The notes below the pieces were generated by a model, which saw only the letters and a program-made list of their open reading frames with translations, searched no databases and was not told where the DNA came from. From Pyrodictium abyssi (GTDB taxonomy: Archaea; Thermoproteota; Thermoprotei_A; Sulfolobales; Pyrodictiaceae): a DNA stretch of 32,000 nt. The translations under genes and the position numbers were made by a program. Positions 1 through 8,292 of the stretch are shown here, piece after piece; positions within the stretch are counted from its first letter, which is position 1, and each line of letters begins with the position of its first letter. The stretch spans positions 1,380,001 to 1,412,000 of the forward strand of contig NZ_AP028907.1 of NCBI RefSeq assembly GCF_036323395.1, read 5' to 3'.

Positions 1-53
1 AGCGGCACTAGGATGGCCGTGTAGCCCGCCGTGGCCGCATCCACCACCGCCAT
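1..53 (-). CDS. 5' end of a further subunit gene of the complex I-like operon (runs off the window)
   Basis: ATG at 53 lies 2 nt downstream of the nuoK-like stop. The frame is open to position 1 (MAVVDAATAGYTAILVP...). Only 17 codons are visible, so the identity is gene-order inference. Confidence 0.2.
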   Translation of the reverse strand, partial: MAVVDAATAGYTAILVP

Positions 54-55
54 TG

Positions 56-349
56 CTATCCCCTCAGCTCGTCCAGCTCGTCAACACTCTGGGCTCCGCG
101 CCGCCTAGACGCGCTGAGGGCGAGAGCGGCCGCGAGCGCTACTGCTCCCGTCTCGACCACTAGCATGAAGACGAAGAAGCCTAGGCTACCGCCCCATAGG
201 ACTAGGGAAGCTAGCGACGCGGCTGCCACAAGCTCTAGCCCGACTAGCACGCGTAGGAAGCTAGAGTACCGGGTAATCATGTAGAGCCCTGACGACGCGA
301 GCACTGCTATAGCGAGCGAGTAGAGTAGGCTAGTCTCCACGGCTGCCAC
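56..349 (-). CDS. nuoK: NuoK-like (or MnhC/MbhG-like) small membrane subunit of a complex I-type module
   Basis: 97 aa with 3 predicted TM helices. The central LVGLELVAAASLASLV resembles the NuoK L-x-LE-x-x-x-N/A core with its conserved Glu. It overlaps the upstream gene by 20 nt. Confidence 0.6.
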   Translation of the reverse strand: MAAVETSLLYSLAIAVLASSGLYMITRYSSFLRVLVGLELVAAASLASLVLWGGSLGFFVFMLVVETGAVALAAALALSASRRRGAQSVDELDELRG

Positions 350-773
350 CTCCTATGACCAGTCTTAGCGCTAGGAGCACTGATGCTAGCGGCGCGGAGG
401 CCATGGCCACGGCTAGTGGTGCCCACTCCTCGAGGCGGGGGTTCGGGGGCTCTACGCGTGAGCCGAGGTGCACGAGTACTACAAGCAGCACTAGCGCTCC
501 TGCGACGCCTAGGCCCGGCACTGCTCCCCGCTTCACACCCCCCAGTTCTGGGGCGAGGAACCCAGCAGCAGCGAGGAAGCCCCCAGCTAGCGAGAGCTGG
601 ACTATAGCCGCTGCCGGCTCACCCATATCGAGGAAGAGGAGGGCTAGGAACACCAGAGCAGCCGTGGAGGAGAGCAGCATCCTCTCGTCGCGCTCCGTGA
701 GCGCAGCGTAGAGCCCGGCCAGCGCAGCCGCGACTGCTAGCAGGGGCGCTGCCTCGGCCAACCTCGTCACCAC
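330..773 (-). CDS. NuoJ-like membrane subunit (tentative)
   Basis: 147 aa, Ala/Leu/Gly-rich and polytopic. It sits between the NuoH and NuoK homologues, where nuoJ normally lies. There is a 7-nt overlap with nuoH. No sharp motif was seen. Confidence 0.45.
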   Translation of the reverse strand: MVTRLAEAAPLLAVAAALAGLYAALTERDERMLLSSTAALVFLALLFLDMGEPAAAIVQLSLAGGFLAAAGFLAPELGGVKRGAVPGLGVAGALVLLVVLVHLGSRVEPPNPRLEEWAPLAVAMASAPLASVLLALRLVIGGGSRGD

Positions 774-1723
774 CCCGCTGCAAGCGCTACCGCCGCTAGG
801 AAGAACGACGCGGGTACTATGATGCCCCAGGAGGCCTCGCCAACGTCTATCAGCCGCAGCCTCGGGGAAGCGGCTGCCACGAGAACCACTGCCAACGCCA
901 CAGCTGCCCCCGCCGCGAGGAGGGCCAGGAGGCCGAGAAGGCCGCTCAAGGGCGGCGCAATGAACATGGAGGTGTAGTAGTACACCGCGACGGTGGACTG
1001 TACGCTATGAGCTAGATGAGCGAAGGCCAGGCGACGCCCACTCATATCGGCTACAACGCCGCCCGCTATCTCTGTCTCCGCCTCGGCTATGCTGAAGGGG
1101 TTCCTCCCGCTCTCGATCAGTATGAGGAAGAATCCTAGGAGTAGACCAGCTAGCCAGACGGGTATGAGGATAGGCTTGGAGGCTAGGCTGCTCCAGAGCT
1201 TCGACCTTATCTCGGCGAGCTCGAGCGAGCCCGTAGCAGCATACGGGACTGCTAGCAGGGAGAGGAGGGCTACCTCGTAGCTGGCTAGCAGGCCAAGCAA
1301 ACGGAGGCCACCGACGACGTTGAAGGGGCTATGGGTCGAGTATGCAGCTAGGTAGAGGAGCCCCGTGGAGAGGACCAGGCACACAGAGACCAGTATTGTG
1401 TCGCCGTAGAAGCTGAAGCTGGTAGCGCCGTTCCAGGGTATGAATAGCGATGCAAAAGCAGCGAAGCCGAGGCTCAGCACAAGCATGACTGGCGTCGCCA
1501 CGGGATCCTGGCTTCTGGGCGCTAGGTCCTCCTTGCCGAGCAGCTTGAGTATATCGAAGAGCGGCTGGAGAAGCCCCCAGAGCCCAGTGTAGCTCGGCCC
1601 TATCCTGTTCTGAAGCCTCGCTGCGAGCTTCCGTTCAGCAGCTTCAAGGAAGAGGGCAAGTGCTACTACGAATGTAAGACCCGGGTACACAGTAGATTCC
1701 ACTACTAGTTGTGGAAGACTCAT
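767..1723 (-). CDS. nuoH: NADH-quinone oxidoreductase subunit H family (NuoH/ND1/MbhM-like)
   Basis: 318 aa. The N-terminal AERKLAARLQNRIGPSYTGLWGLLQPLFDILKLLGKEDLAP matches the NuoH signature (ERK..A.MQ.R.GPN..G..GLLQP.AD..K...KE). It has 8 or more hydrophobic helices. Confidence 0.85.
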   Translation of the reverse strand: MSLPQLVVESTVYPGLTFVVALALFLEAAERKLAARLQNRIGPSYTGLWGLLQPLFDILKLLGKEDLAPRSQDPVATPVMLVLSLGFAAFASLFIPWNGATSFSFYGDTILVSVCLVLSTGLLYLAAYSTHSPFNVVGGLRLLGLLASYEVALLSLLAVPYAATGSLELAEIRSKLWSSLASKPILIPVWLAGLLLGFFLILIESGRNPFSIAEAETEIAGGVVADMSGRRLAFAHLAHSVQSTVAVYYYTSMFIAPPLSGLLGLLALLAAGAAVALAVVLVAAASPRLRLIDVGEASWGIIVPASFFLAAVALAAGW

Positions 1724-2055
1724 TGCTGTCTGGGCCTCCTTTTCCCGTTAGCTATATCCCGGGCAGCTATCGCCAAGAAGGCTCCAGCCGAGGCGAAGAG
1801 GAGAGTAGCAGCACCACCGCCGGATACTAGTACTGCTACGGGGACAGATTCGACTGAGGCGAAGAGTAGTAGGAGCCAAGGGTATGGCAGAGAACTCCTC
1901 TTGAGCGGTCCAGCCTTTTCTCCACACATGTAGGGGGCTATCGCATCGCCTCTATTCCTGGAGGATGGAGCTAGGCTCCTTGCTGCGAGGTAGTAGCTAG
2001 CAGCAACCATAATTATTAGCAGAAGTGCTGTAACCAGCTCTGTCATTACCTGCAC
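1720..2055 (-). CDS. NuoA-like small membrane subunit (tentative)
   Basis: 111 aa with 3 TM segments. PYMCGE resembles the NuoA PYECG loop and is followed by LLFASVE (compare FDVE). There is a 4-nt ATGA overlap with nuoH and GGTG lies 8 nt upstream of the ATG. Confidence 0.5.
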   Translation of the reverse strand: MQVMTELVTALLLIIMVAASYYLAARSLAPSSRNRGDAIAPYMCGEKAGPLKRSSLPYPWLLLLFASVESVPVAVLVSGGGAATLLFASAGAFLAIAARDIANGKRRPRQQ

Positions 2056-2165
2056 CCAGGTGACATACTAATCTACACTTTTCTACACTGTTATATTATA
2101 TTTGTGTATACTATTATTTTCTAGCATCTTACCAATACTTGCCTTTCTTGCGACAGTATTAGTAT
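2056..2165. promoter_or_regulatory. AT-rich divergent promoter region between the nuoA-like gene (minus) and the DHPS-related gene (plus)
   Basis: By eye this is the most AT-rich stretch in the window. On the minus strand AAATATAATATAAC (2090-2103) lies about 40 nt upstream of the ATG at 2055. A TCTACACT direct repeat sits at 2072-2079 and 2082-2089. Weaker TATA-like elements for the plus-strand gene are further right: GTATAATC (2251-2258) and CTTTATGCC (2277-2285). Confidence 0.5.
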
Positions 2166-2322
2166 TGAACCCCGCTAGAGTACGGAGCCAGTGGCAAAGC
2201 CAGCCGATACAATACGGTGCAGAGAGCCCGGTACACGGTACAGCTCATGAGGTATAATCGTCTAGAGAGCACCGGGGCTTTATGCCGGACTTGCACCAGG
2301 CAGCGCGTAGGGGTAAGCAGAG

Positions 2323-3960
2323 GTGCCGCCAAGGATTGCGCTTGTGACGGGTAGGCGGGCCCGGAGCCACGTTGAGAGCATCGTATCCGAGCTACGGCAG
2401 GCGACAGGCTGGGCCATAGACGTGGTCGAGGCGCCCATAGACGTTGCTGCACTTATTCCACGCGATATGCTGGAGAAGCTGCTCCGAAGCATCCATGGCA
2501 GGTACGATATAGTCATAGTGCCTGGTACTCTTGACTACAGTCTCGAGGGCCTAGACGATGCCGCTGGTGCGGCCGTGGTTAGAGGGCCCTCGGACCCGGA
2601 TAGCCTGAGGCTTCTAGCCGAGCTGGGCGAGGAGGGGCTCCAGAGGCTCGCAGAACAGGGGAGACTAGACCCATCTCTCCTACTCGATAAATGGCTCGAG
2701 GAGCTGCGCGAGCACCATGCTTCTACTCGCTGCGTGGACGTCTGCGGTGTTCGTGTACCCATAAGGCCTCCACCTATCGTCGTAGCTGCTGAGTTGTTCG
2801 TTGAGCACGGTGCTTCTGCTGAGGCAGTGGCCGAGCAGGCAGCGGAGCTGCTGGAGCGTGGCGGCGACATACTGGTAGCGGGGTTTGGGCAGGGCTGGGA
2901 CCGGGAGGAGGCACTCCGTGTACTACGTGCTCTGGTCGACCGTGCCGGCCCTGTGGCCGTGGATACGCCGGATAAGATGCTGGCTCTCGAAGCGGCTCGG
3001 AGGGGTCTCAGCTGCCTGACCATGTCGCTCAGCGAGGGGGATCCGCTGTTCGAGAAGCTGCCGAGAAAAAGCCCGGTAGTGGTTATCCCCCTGGACTCGT
3101 CTTTCAACGTGCCTAGAGGCGCAGCGGAGAGGGTTAGGCTGCTAGAGCATCTTGTACGGCACGCCGAGAGAGCCGGGCTCATACCAATAGCCGACCCGAT
3201 GGTGGATCCGCCGGGCTGGGGGCTAGCGCAGAGCGTCACTGCCTACGTTGAGGCGGCGTCGAGGCTCCCGGAGACACCTATGCTCGCGGGTATCGCTAAC
3301 GTGTACGAACTTGTGGACGCCGATACTCATGGACAGATAGCTGTGCTTACACAGCTATTCGCTGAGGCTGGTGCCTCGCTTATGCTTGTCACCGAGAAGA
3401 GCCGGAAGGCGGCCATGGCTGTCACCGAGGCTTCGATAGCGGCCACTATGACCAGCGTGTCTCTCCTTAAGAAGAGGTGGCCGAAGGACCTCGGGGTGGA
3501 CCTGCTCTACGCTAAGGAGAAGAGGCCGCGGAGCGGAAGCCCCCGGCTGCCCCGCAAGCCACGGCTCGTACTGGATGCTAGCAGCCTTGCCGAGTGGTAT
3601 GGGTTCCGCCAGGACCGTGTCGGCAGCCACATAATAGTCGTCGAGGACGGCGTGATAAGGGACGTCTACATAGGTAGGAGGGGCGTAGTAGAGCTACGTG
3701 GGAGGAGCGCCAAGGACATATACAAGGCTGTGTCGTACCTCGGGCTCGCTAGGGAGCCGAGCCACTATGCCTACCTAGGCTACGAGCTGTGCCGCGCAGA
3801 GCTAGCAGCCGTTATGAAGAGGAGCTACGTGCAGGACGAGCCCCTGCTGACACCACCGTGGGCTAGGTGCCGCAGGTACAGCGCCAGGAGCATGTCTGTG
3901 GCCGGGCAGAGCAACGGGGACAGTAAGGCCGAAGAAAAGCCCCGGGGCGAGAAGGGATAG
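2323..3960 (+). CDS. Archaeal dihydropteroate synthase-related (pterin-binding) protein with a C-terminal DUF4346-like domain
   Basis: 545 aa with a GTG start. The N-terminal RIALVTGRRA...IVIVPG, the central region (LVAGFG...VAVDTPD...IPIADPMVDPPG...LAGIANVYELVDADTHG) and the tail (HYAYLGYELCRAELA) match my memory of the roughly 500-aa archaeal DHPS-related family. No search was run. Confidence 0.65.
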   Translation: MPPRIALVTGRRARSHVESIVSELRQATGWAIDVVEAPIDVAALIPRDMLEKLLRSIHGRYDIVIVPGTLDYSLEGLDDAAGAAVVRGPSDPDSLRLLAELGEEGLQRLAEQGRLDPSLLLDKWLEELREHHASTRCVDVCGVRVPIRPPPIVVAAELFVEHGASAEAVAEQAAELLERGGDILVAGFGQGWDREEALRVLRALVDRAGPVAVDTPDKMLALEAARRGLSCLTMSLSEGDPLFEKLPRKSPVVVIPLDSSFNVPRGAAERVRLLEHLVRHAERAGLIPIADPMVDPPGWGLAQSVTAYVEAASRLPETPMLAGIANVYELVDADTHGQIAVLTQLFAEAGASLMLVTEKSRKAAMAVTEASIAATMTSVSLLKKRWPKDLGVDLLYAKEKRPRSGSPRLPRKPRLVLDASSLAEWYGFRQDRVGSHIIVVEDGVIRDVYIGRRGVVELRGRSAKDIYKAVSYLGLAREPSHYAYLGYELCRAELAAVMKRSYVQDEPLLTPPWARCRRYSARSMSVAGQSNGDSKAEEKPRGEKG

Positions 3961-3961
3961 G

Positions 3962-4129
3962 TCAGCTCTGCTGCTGGGCTTCCGCGGCCTGCCTGATTAC
4001 GAGGCTGCGGCCTTTCCACTCGTAGCGCCCGGCTTTTAGGGCCTCGAGTATCTCGCGGGCCTTCTTGTCGTTAGGGTGCTTGCGTAGATGGCGCTCGAGC
4101 CTCCTTATGAGGCGTAGCTTCCGGCTCAT
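3962..4129 (-). CDS. Small basic hypothetical protein (55 aa), below the ORF-track cutoff
   Basis: Manual translation: MSRKLRLIRRLERHLRKHPNDKKAREILEALKAGRYEWKGRSLVIRQAAEAQQQS. GGTGAG lies 9-14 nt upstream of the ATG and a TTTAT element about 55 nt upstream. It fills the gap between two convergent or tandem genes. Confidence 0.35.
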   Translation of the reverse strand: MSRKLRLIRRLERHLRKHPNDKKAREILEALKAGRYEWKGRSLVIRQAAEAQQQS

Positions 4130-4250
4130 GGCGTGCTCTCACCCGTGTACTGGGGCAACAGCTGTTAGACGGGGGCGGCATAAACGCTACCCTCTCCACC
4201 CTGGGGGCTGTGAGGACGCGTTCCCACACTGTCCGGTTGCGGCGTAGGCC

Positions 4251-5036
4251 CTAAGGGGGCCGGTGGCCGTAACCCCCCTTCGCCGAGCCTTCTTCTAGCC
4301 GCCTCCTAGCCGCCACAGCCATGTCGGGGTAGTCCGTCGCTATCCCGTCTACGCCCCGTTTCGCTAGCTCTAGCACCCAGTGTTCCTCGTTGACGGTCCA
4401 CGCTACTACGCGTAGGCCGAGGCGATGCGCCAGGCTCACTGCCTTGGCCGTGGCTAGGGGGTACCGTGGGAGCACTATGCGGCAGCCTAGCTTGCGGCAG
4501 TCGAGTATACGGCCGGGTGGCCGGAAGTAGATGATGCCCGTGGGCAGCCCCGGCTCTAGCTGGCGCGCCGTGTGGAGGGCTTCGTCATGGAAGCTTATCA
4601 GCGCAGCCATGTCTACAGCGTTCTCCCTCTTCAAGACCTCTATTATCCTGCCCGTGTCCCCCGGCTCCTTGACCTCTAGGAAGAGGAGTATCCGGCCACG
4701 CGCCTCCTCTATGATCTCCTCGAGCGTTGGCGGCGTCTCGCCCCCGCCGAGGTCCACGCTCTTCACCTCGGCTAGGCTGGCGCTCCTCACATCCACTGTC
4801 CTGCCATCAGCGCCGCGTAGCACCGGGTCGTGGGACGCGACTACAGCACCGTCGCTGGTTACCTGTATGTCGAACTCCGCGATGTCGGCACCAACGTCTA
4901 TCGCCTTGCGGAGCGCAGCCAGGGTGTTCTCGGGGGCTAGGCCGCGGGCACCCCTGTGCCCGACCACTGCGAAGGGCCTGCGGCCTAGCGCTTCTAGAAC
5001 CGGGTGCAGACGCCAGCCACCCCTCTCCGGAGCCAC
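4251..5036 (-). CDS. Glycerophosphodiester phosphodiesterase (GDPD family)
   Basis: VVGHRGARGLAPENTLAALRKAIDVGADIAEFDIQVTSDGAVVASHD is the classic GDPD HRG...ENT...E.D...HD catalytic pattern. It has a GTG start. Confidence 0.85.
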   Translation of the reverse strand: MAPERGGWRLHPVLEALGRRPFAVVGHRGARGLAPENTLAALRKAIDVGADIAEFDIQVTSDGAVVASHDPVLRGADGRTVDVRSASLAEVKSVDLGGGETPPTLEEIIEEARGRILLFLEVKEPGDTGRIIEVLKRENAVDMAALISFHDEALHTARQLEPGLPTGIIYFRPPGRILDCRKLGCRIVLPRYPLATAKAVSLAHRLGLRVVAWTVNEEHWVLELAKRGVDGIATDYPDMAVAARRRLEEGSAKGGYGHRPP

Positions 5037-5064
5037 GGCTGCAGGTAGAAGGGGCGTGAGGGGC

Positions 5065-5072
5065 GTTATACC
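5065..5072 (-). promoter_or_regulatory. Candidate TATA box for the GDPD gene
   Basis: GGTATAAC on the minus strand is centred about 32 nt upstream of the GTG at 5036. This is consistent with a near-leaderless transcript. Confidence 0.3.
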
Positions 5073-5141
5073 TGCCCCCAGGACGCTGAAGAGAGCGAGC
5101 TGTTTGGAGGAGTGACCGTGGAAACAGAGGGGTTATGGGTT

Positions 5142-6176
5142 CTAGTGTTCTAGGAGCTGGGCTAGCCTCTTGGCTATGTTCTCCGCGACGTCCATTGTCT
5201 TGGCGCTGCCGCCTAGGTCTGGCGTCAGTACACGGTCCTCTACGAGAGTGGCCTCTATCGCCTTGTCAAGGCTCTTCGCCGCACTAGCCAGGCGGGAGTC
5301 GCCGTGCTTCTGGGCTAGGTACTCCATCATGAGCCGGGCCGCGTGTATAGCTGCTACCGGGTTCGCAATGCCCTTTCCTGCTATGTCGAAGCCAGCCCCG
5401 TGCACCGGCTCGAAGACCGCGTAGCGCTCGCCTATCTGGCCGGAGCCGCAGAGCCCTAGGCTCCCGGCCAGCCCAGCGGCTAGGTCGCTTAGGATGTCAC
5501 CGTAGAGGTTCATGGTGACCAGCACCTGGAGCTTCTCCGGGGCACGGGCCATGTTATAGGCTGCTGCGTCTACTATGAGGTCGTCGGCCTGTATCTCGGG
5601 GTATTCTTTGGCTATCTCGCGGAACACCTGGAGGAAGAGGCCGTCGCTTAGCTTGAGTATGTTGGCCTTATGGACTGCTGTGACCCTCTGGAACCCGTTG
5701 GCCTTGGCGTACTCGAAGGCGAACCGTATTATCCTCTCCGAGCCGTGGCGCGTCACTATCTTGACCGCTAGTGCCTGGTCTCGGAAGACGCCTTCTATCC
5801 CGGCGTACAGGCCTTCGGTGTTCTCCCGGACGATGACCATGTTGAAGACCCTGGGCGAGACCCCGGGGTAGCCTCTACAGGGGCGTAGGTTAGCGTAGAG
5901 GTCTAGGCTCTGCCTTATGTAGACGTTTATGCTCCGGTAGCCGCCGGGCCCGACCGGCGTGGCGAGGGGCCCCTTTAGCACCGCGTCTGCTGCGCGGAGC
6001 TTGTCCAGGACGTCGTCGGGAAACGGCTTGCCGGTCCGGTTGTAGTATGCGAGGCCTGCCTCGACCTCCTCTATGTCGAAGACGCCTACGACTTCTAGTA
6101 CGCGGCGCGCTGCCGCTGTTACCTCTGGGCCTATGCCGTCGCCGGGTATGAGCACTATGTGGTAGCGGCGTGGCAT
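5142..6176 (-). CDS. leuB: 3-isopropylmalate / homoisocitrate dehydrogenase family (beta-decarboxylating dehydrogenase)
   Basis: 344 aa. Supporting motifs are IVLIPGDGIGPEV, RENTEGLY, NLYGDILSD and FEPVHG. The substrate (IPM, homoisocitrate or isocitrate) cannot be decided by eye. Confidence 0.88.
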   Translation of the reverse strand: MPRRYHIVLIPGDGIGPEVTAAARRVLEVVGVFDIEEVEAGLAYYNRTGKPFPDDVLDKLRAADAVLKGPLATPVGPGGYRSINVYIRQSLDLYANLRPCRGYPGVSPRVFNMVIVRENTEGLYAGIEGVFRDQALAVKIVTRHGSERIIRFAFEYAKANGFQRVTAVHKANILKLSDGLFLQVFREIAKEYPEIQADDLIVDAAAYNMARAPEKLQVLVTMNLYGDILSDLAAGLAGSLGLCGSGQIGERYAVFEPVHGAGFDIAGKGIANPVAAIHAARLMMEYLAQKHGDSRLASAAKSLDKAIEATLVEDRVLTPDLGGSAKTMDVAENIAKRLAQLLEH

Positions 6177-6183
6177 CGCCGCT

Positions 6184-6696
6184 TCACCAGGGGAGCCTGT
6201 TCATCTTCTTGATGTACTCTACTATTCCGCCCGCCTCGAGTATCTCTAGGAGCTGCCTGGGTGGTGGCTGGAACCTCTCCTCGACGCCTTTTGTCGCGTT
6301 GCGTACCACGCCTGCCTCGAGGTCTACCTCTATCTCGTCGCCCTGCTCAGTGACCTCGGGGATTCTCTGGACTATTATCACGGGTAGGCCTATGTTTATC
6401 GAGTTCCTGTAGAATATCCTGTGGAAGCTCTTAGCGAGTACTGCGCCCACGCCAGCTAGCTTGAGGAGCCTGGGTGCGTGCTCGCGGCTGCTCCCGTAGC
6501 CGAAGCCGCGGCCTGCCACTATCACGTCGCCTGGCTGCACCTTCTTGTAGAACTCTGGTATGACTTCCTCGAAGACGTAGGGGAGCATGTCCTCTAGCCT
6601 GTTTATCTTAGCGAACTTGTACTTACCGCTTATAATGTGGTCTGTGCTTATGTTATCGCCTAGCACCCATGCTCTCCCACGGATAACCCTAGCCAT
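6184..6696 (-). CDS. leuD: Aconitase-family dehydratase small subunit (LeuD / homoaconitase small subunit type)
   Basis: 170 aa. Supporting motifs are GRAWVLGDNISTDHIISGKY and GFGYGSSREHAP. It lies 7 nt upstream of the leuB-like start. Confidence 0.88.
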   Translation of the reverse strand: MARVIRGRAWVLGDNISTDHIISGKYKFAKINRLEDMLPYVFEEVIPEFYKKVQPGDVIVAGRGFGYGSSREHAPRLLKLAGVGAVLAKSFHRIFYRNSINIGLPVIIVQRIPEVTEQGDEIEVDLEAGVVRNATKGVEERFQPPPRQLLEILEAGGIVEYIKKMNRLPW

Positions 6697-6723
6697 GCGT
6701 GCCCACCTCCTTCTTCTCCAGCG

Positions 6724-8055
6724 TTAGGGCTTGAAGCTGTACGAGGGGTCTACCACCATGAGCCTGGCATCTGCGGGTAGGAGTTCCCGTGGGTCTGTTA
6801 TCCGCCCGGTCACGGCAGCTGCTGCGGCTGTCGCGGGGCTTGCGAGGTAGACTTTCGACTCCTTGTGGCCCATGCGGCCGGTGAAGTTTCTGTTAGTTGT
6901 TGATACCGCTACCTCGCCCTCGCCGAGGAGGCCGAGGTGCGCGCCTATGCAGGGGCCACAGGTGCCGAATGCTACGAAGCAGCCAGCCTCGACGAGTATG
7001 TCTATTATGCCGTTACGTAGTAGCCTCTCGTAGACCTTACGGGACGCTGGCACGGCTATGCAGCGTACCCCGTCCTTCACCCGGCGGCCCTTGAGTATCC
7101 GGGCAGCAGCCACGTAGTCCTCGTAGCGGCCGTTGGTGCAGCTCCCTATGAACACCTGGTCGACCTCTAGGCCCTCGACCTCGCGGACGGGCTTAACGTT
7201 GTCGACGTTTGGCGGTGCTGCGACTACTGGCTCGAGGCGCGGAAGCTCCAGCTCCAGCTCCTCGTCGTACTCAGCCCCCGCGTCGGGCTCTAGCAGTGGC
7301 ACCTCTGTGCCGTGGTTCACCCGGTACCACTCTCTAGCCACAGCGTCTGAAGGGAAGAGGCCCACCTTAGCGCCCATCTCCACGGCCATGTTGCTTATGG
7401 TCATCCTGGAGTCCATGGATATCGTTTTTAGGCCCTCGCCCTGGAACTCTACCGCCTTGTATATCATGCCGTCGGAGCGGACCATGCCTATGATCGTGAG
7501 CACTATGTCCTTACCCATTATGTAGCCGGGGGCCTCCCCGCTGAGCTTGAGCCTTACCTGCTCGGGTACGCGCATCCATAGCTTGCCCGTAGCCATCGCT
7601 ATAGCAGCGTCAGTACTCCCGACACCTGTAGCGAAGGCGGTAAAGGCGCCGCCCGTCACGGTGTGGCTATCCGCACCCACGACGAACATTCCCGGCTTTA
7701 CGAGGCCCTCGTCGGCGACGACCTGGTGGCTTATCCCTGTACCCACGTCGAAGAGCCTCACACCATGCTCCTTAGCGAAGCGCCTCATTGCGCGGTGTAC
7801 CAGCGCTGCCGCCACCGTCGGCGCTGGCGCTGCGTGGTCGATGAACAGTGCTACACGCTTGGGGTCGAATACGCGGCTGAGCAGTGGCGTCTCCTTCATC
7901 ACGTCTAGGGCCAGCGTGAATGTGCCGTCGTGGGCGTATACTAGGTCGATAGGGACTACTACTATCTCTCCTCTCTCCGGTACTCGACCAAGCTTACCCT
8001 CGAAGAGTTTCTCTGTAAGGGTACGTGCCGCGCTCAACACACCATCCCCTCTCAT
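6724..8055 (-). CDS. leuC: Aconitase-family dehydratase large subunit (LeuC / homoaconitase large subunit type)
   Basis: 443 aa. Supporting motifs are TLTEKLF, DLVYAHDGT, GADSHT, the Fe-S ligand region IGSCTNGR and GTCGPCIG. Confidence 0.9.
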   Translation of the reverse strand: MRGDGVLSAARTLTEKLFEGKLGRVPERGEIVVVPIDLVYAHDGTFTLALDVMKETPLLSRVFDPKRVALFIDHAAPAPTVAAALVHRAMRRFAKEHGVRLFDVGTGISHQVVADEGLVKPGMFVVGADSHTVTGGAFTAFATGVGSTDAAIAMATGKLWMRVPEQVRLKLSGEAPGYIMGKDIVLTIIGMVRSDGMIYKAVEFQGEGLKTISMDSRMTISNMAVEMGAKVGLFPSDAVAREWYRVNHGTEVPLLEPDAGAEYDEELELELPRLEPVVAAPPNVDNVKPVREVEGLEVDQVFIGSCTNGRYEDYVAAARILKGRRVKDGVRCIAVPASRKVYERLLRNGIIDILVEAGCFVAFGTCGPCIGAHLGLLGEGEVAVSTTNRNFTGRMGHKESKVYLASPATAAAAAVTGRITDPRELLPADARLMVVDPSYSFKP

Positions 8056-8292
8056 CCCGGTTCAACCATTGGATACGCCTCTCCGGGGACCCAACACCAT
8101 AGCTCTACGTTGTGCGAGTGAAGCAGGCCGTTAATGCCCTAGGGTCGCTGCATGCTGGGCCAGTGGCCCAGACCATTCAAGCGGCTATAGCGCCATGGGG
8201 GCTCCTAGCACCCCCACAGTTATAACTCTATATGCGCTATTTAACCCAGACACTTCACATAATCCGTAGTTGTAAAACCCTAGAGCCAGGGG

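Noticed and set aside
2535-3239. 234-aa minus-strand ORF antisense to the DHPS-related gene
   Set aside because: Its S/R/P/A-rich, low-complexity composition is typical of the antisense frame of a GC-rich gene. It lies entirely inside a plus-strand ORF with recognisable domain motifs.
4531-5115. 194-aa plus-strand ORF (and the 110-aa ORF at 4727..5059) antisense to the GDPD gene
   Set aside because: Ser/Arg/Pro-rich nonsense-like sequence. The opposite strand carries the clear GDPD catalytic motifs.
8061-8080. tRNA T-loop-like string CCCGGTTCAACC, and GGAGTTAAATCCCG on the minus strand near 9808-9821
   Set aside because: The flanking bases cannot form a 5-bp T stem, and no acceptor or anticodon arms are present. 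I found no tRNA in the window.
7547-8134. 195-aa plus-strand ORF (and 7133..7525, 7663..7908) antisense to leuC
   Set aside because: The leuC frame has the aconitase-family Fe-S motifs. These are shadow ORFs with biased S/T/P/A composition.
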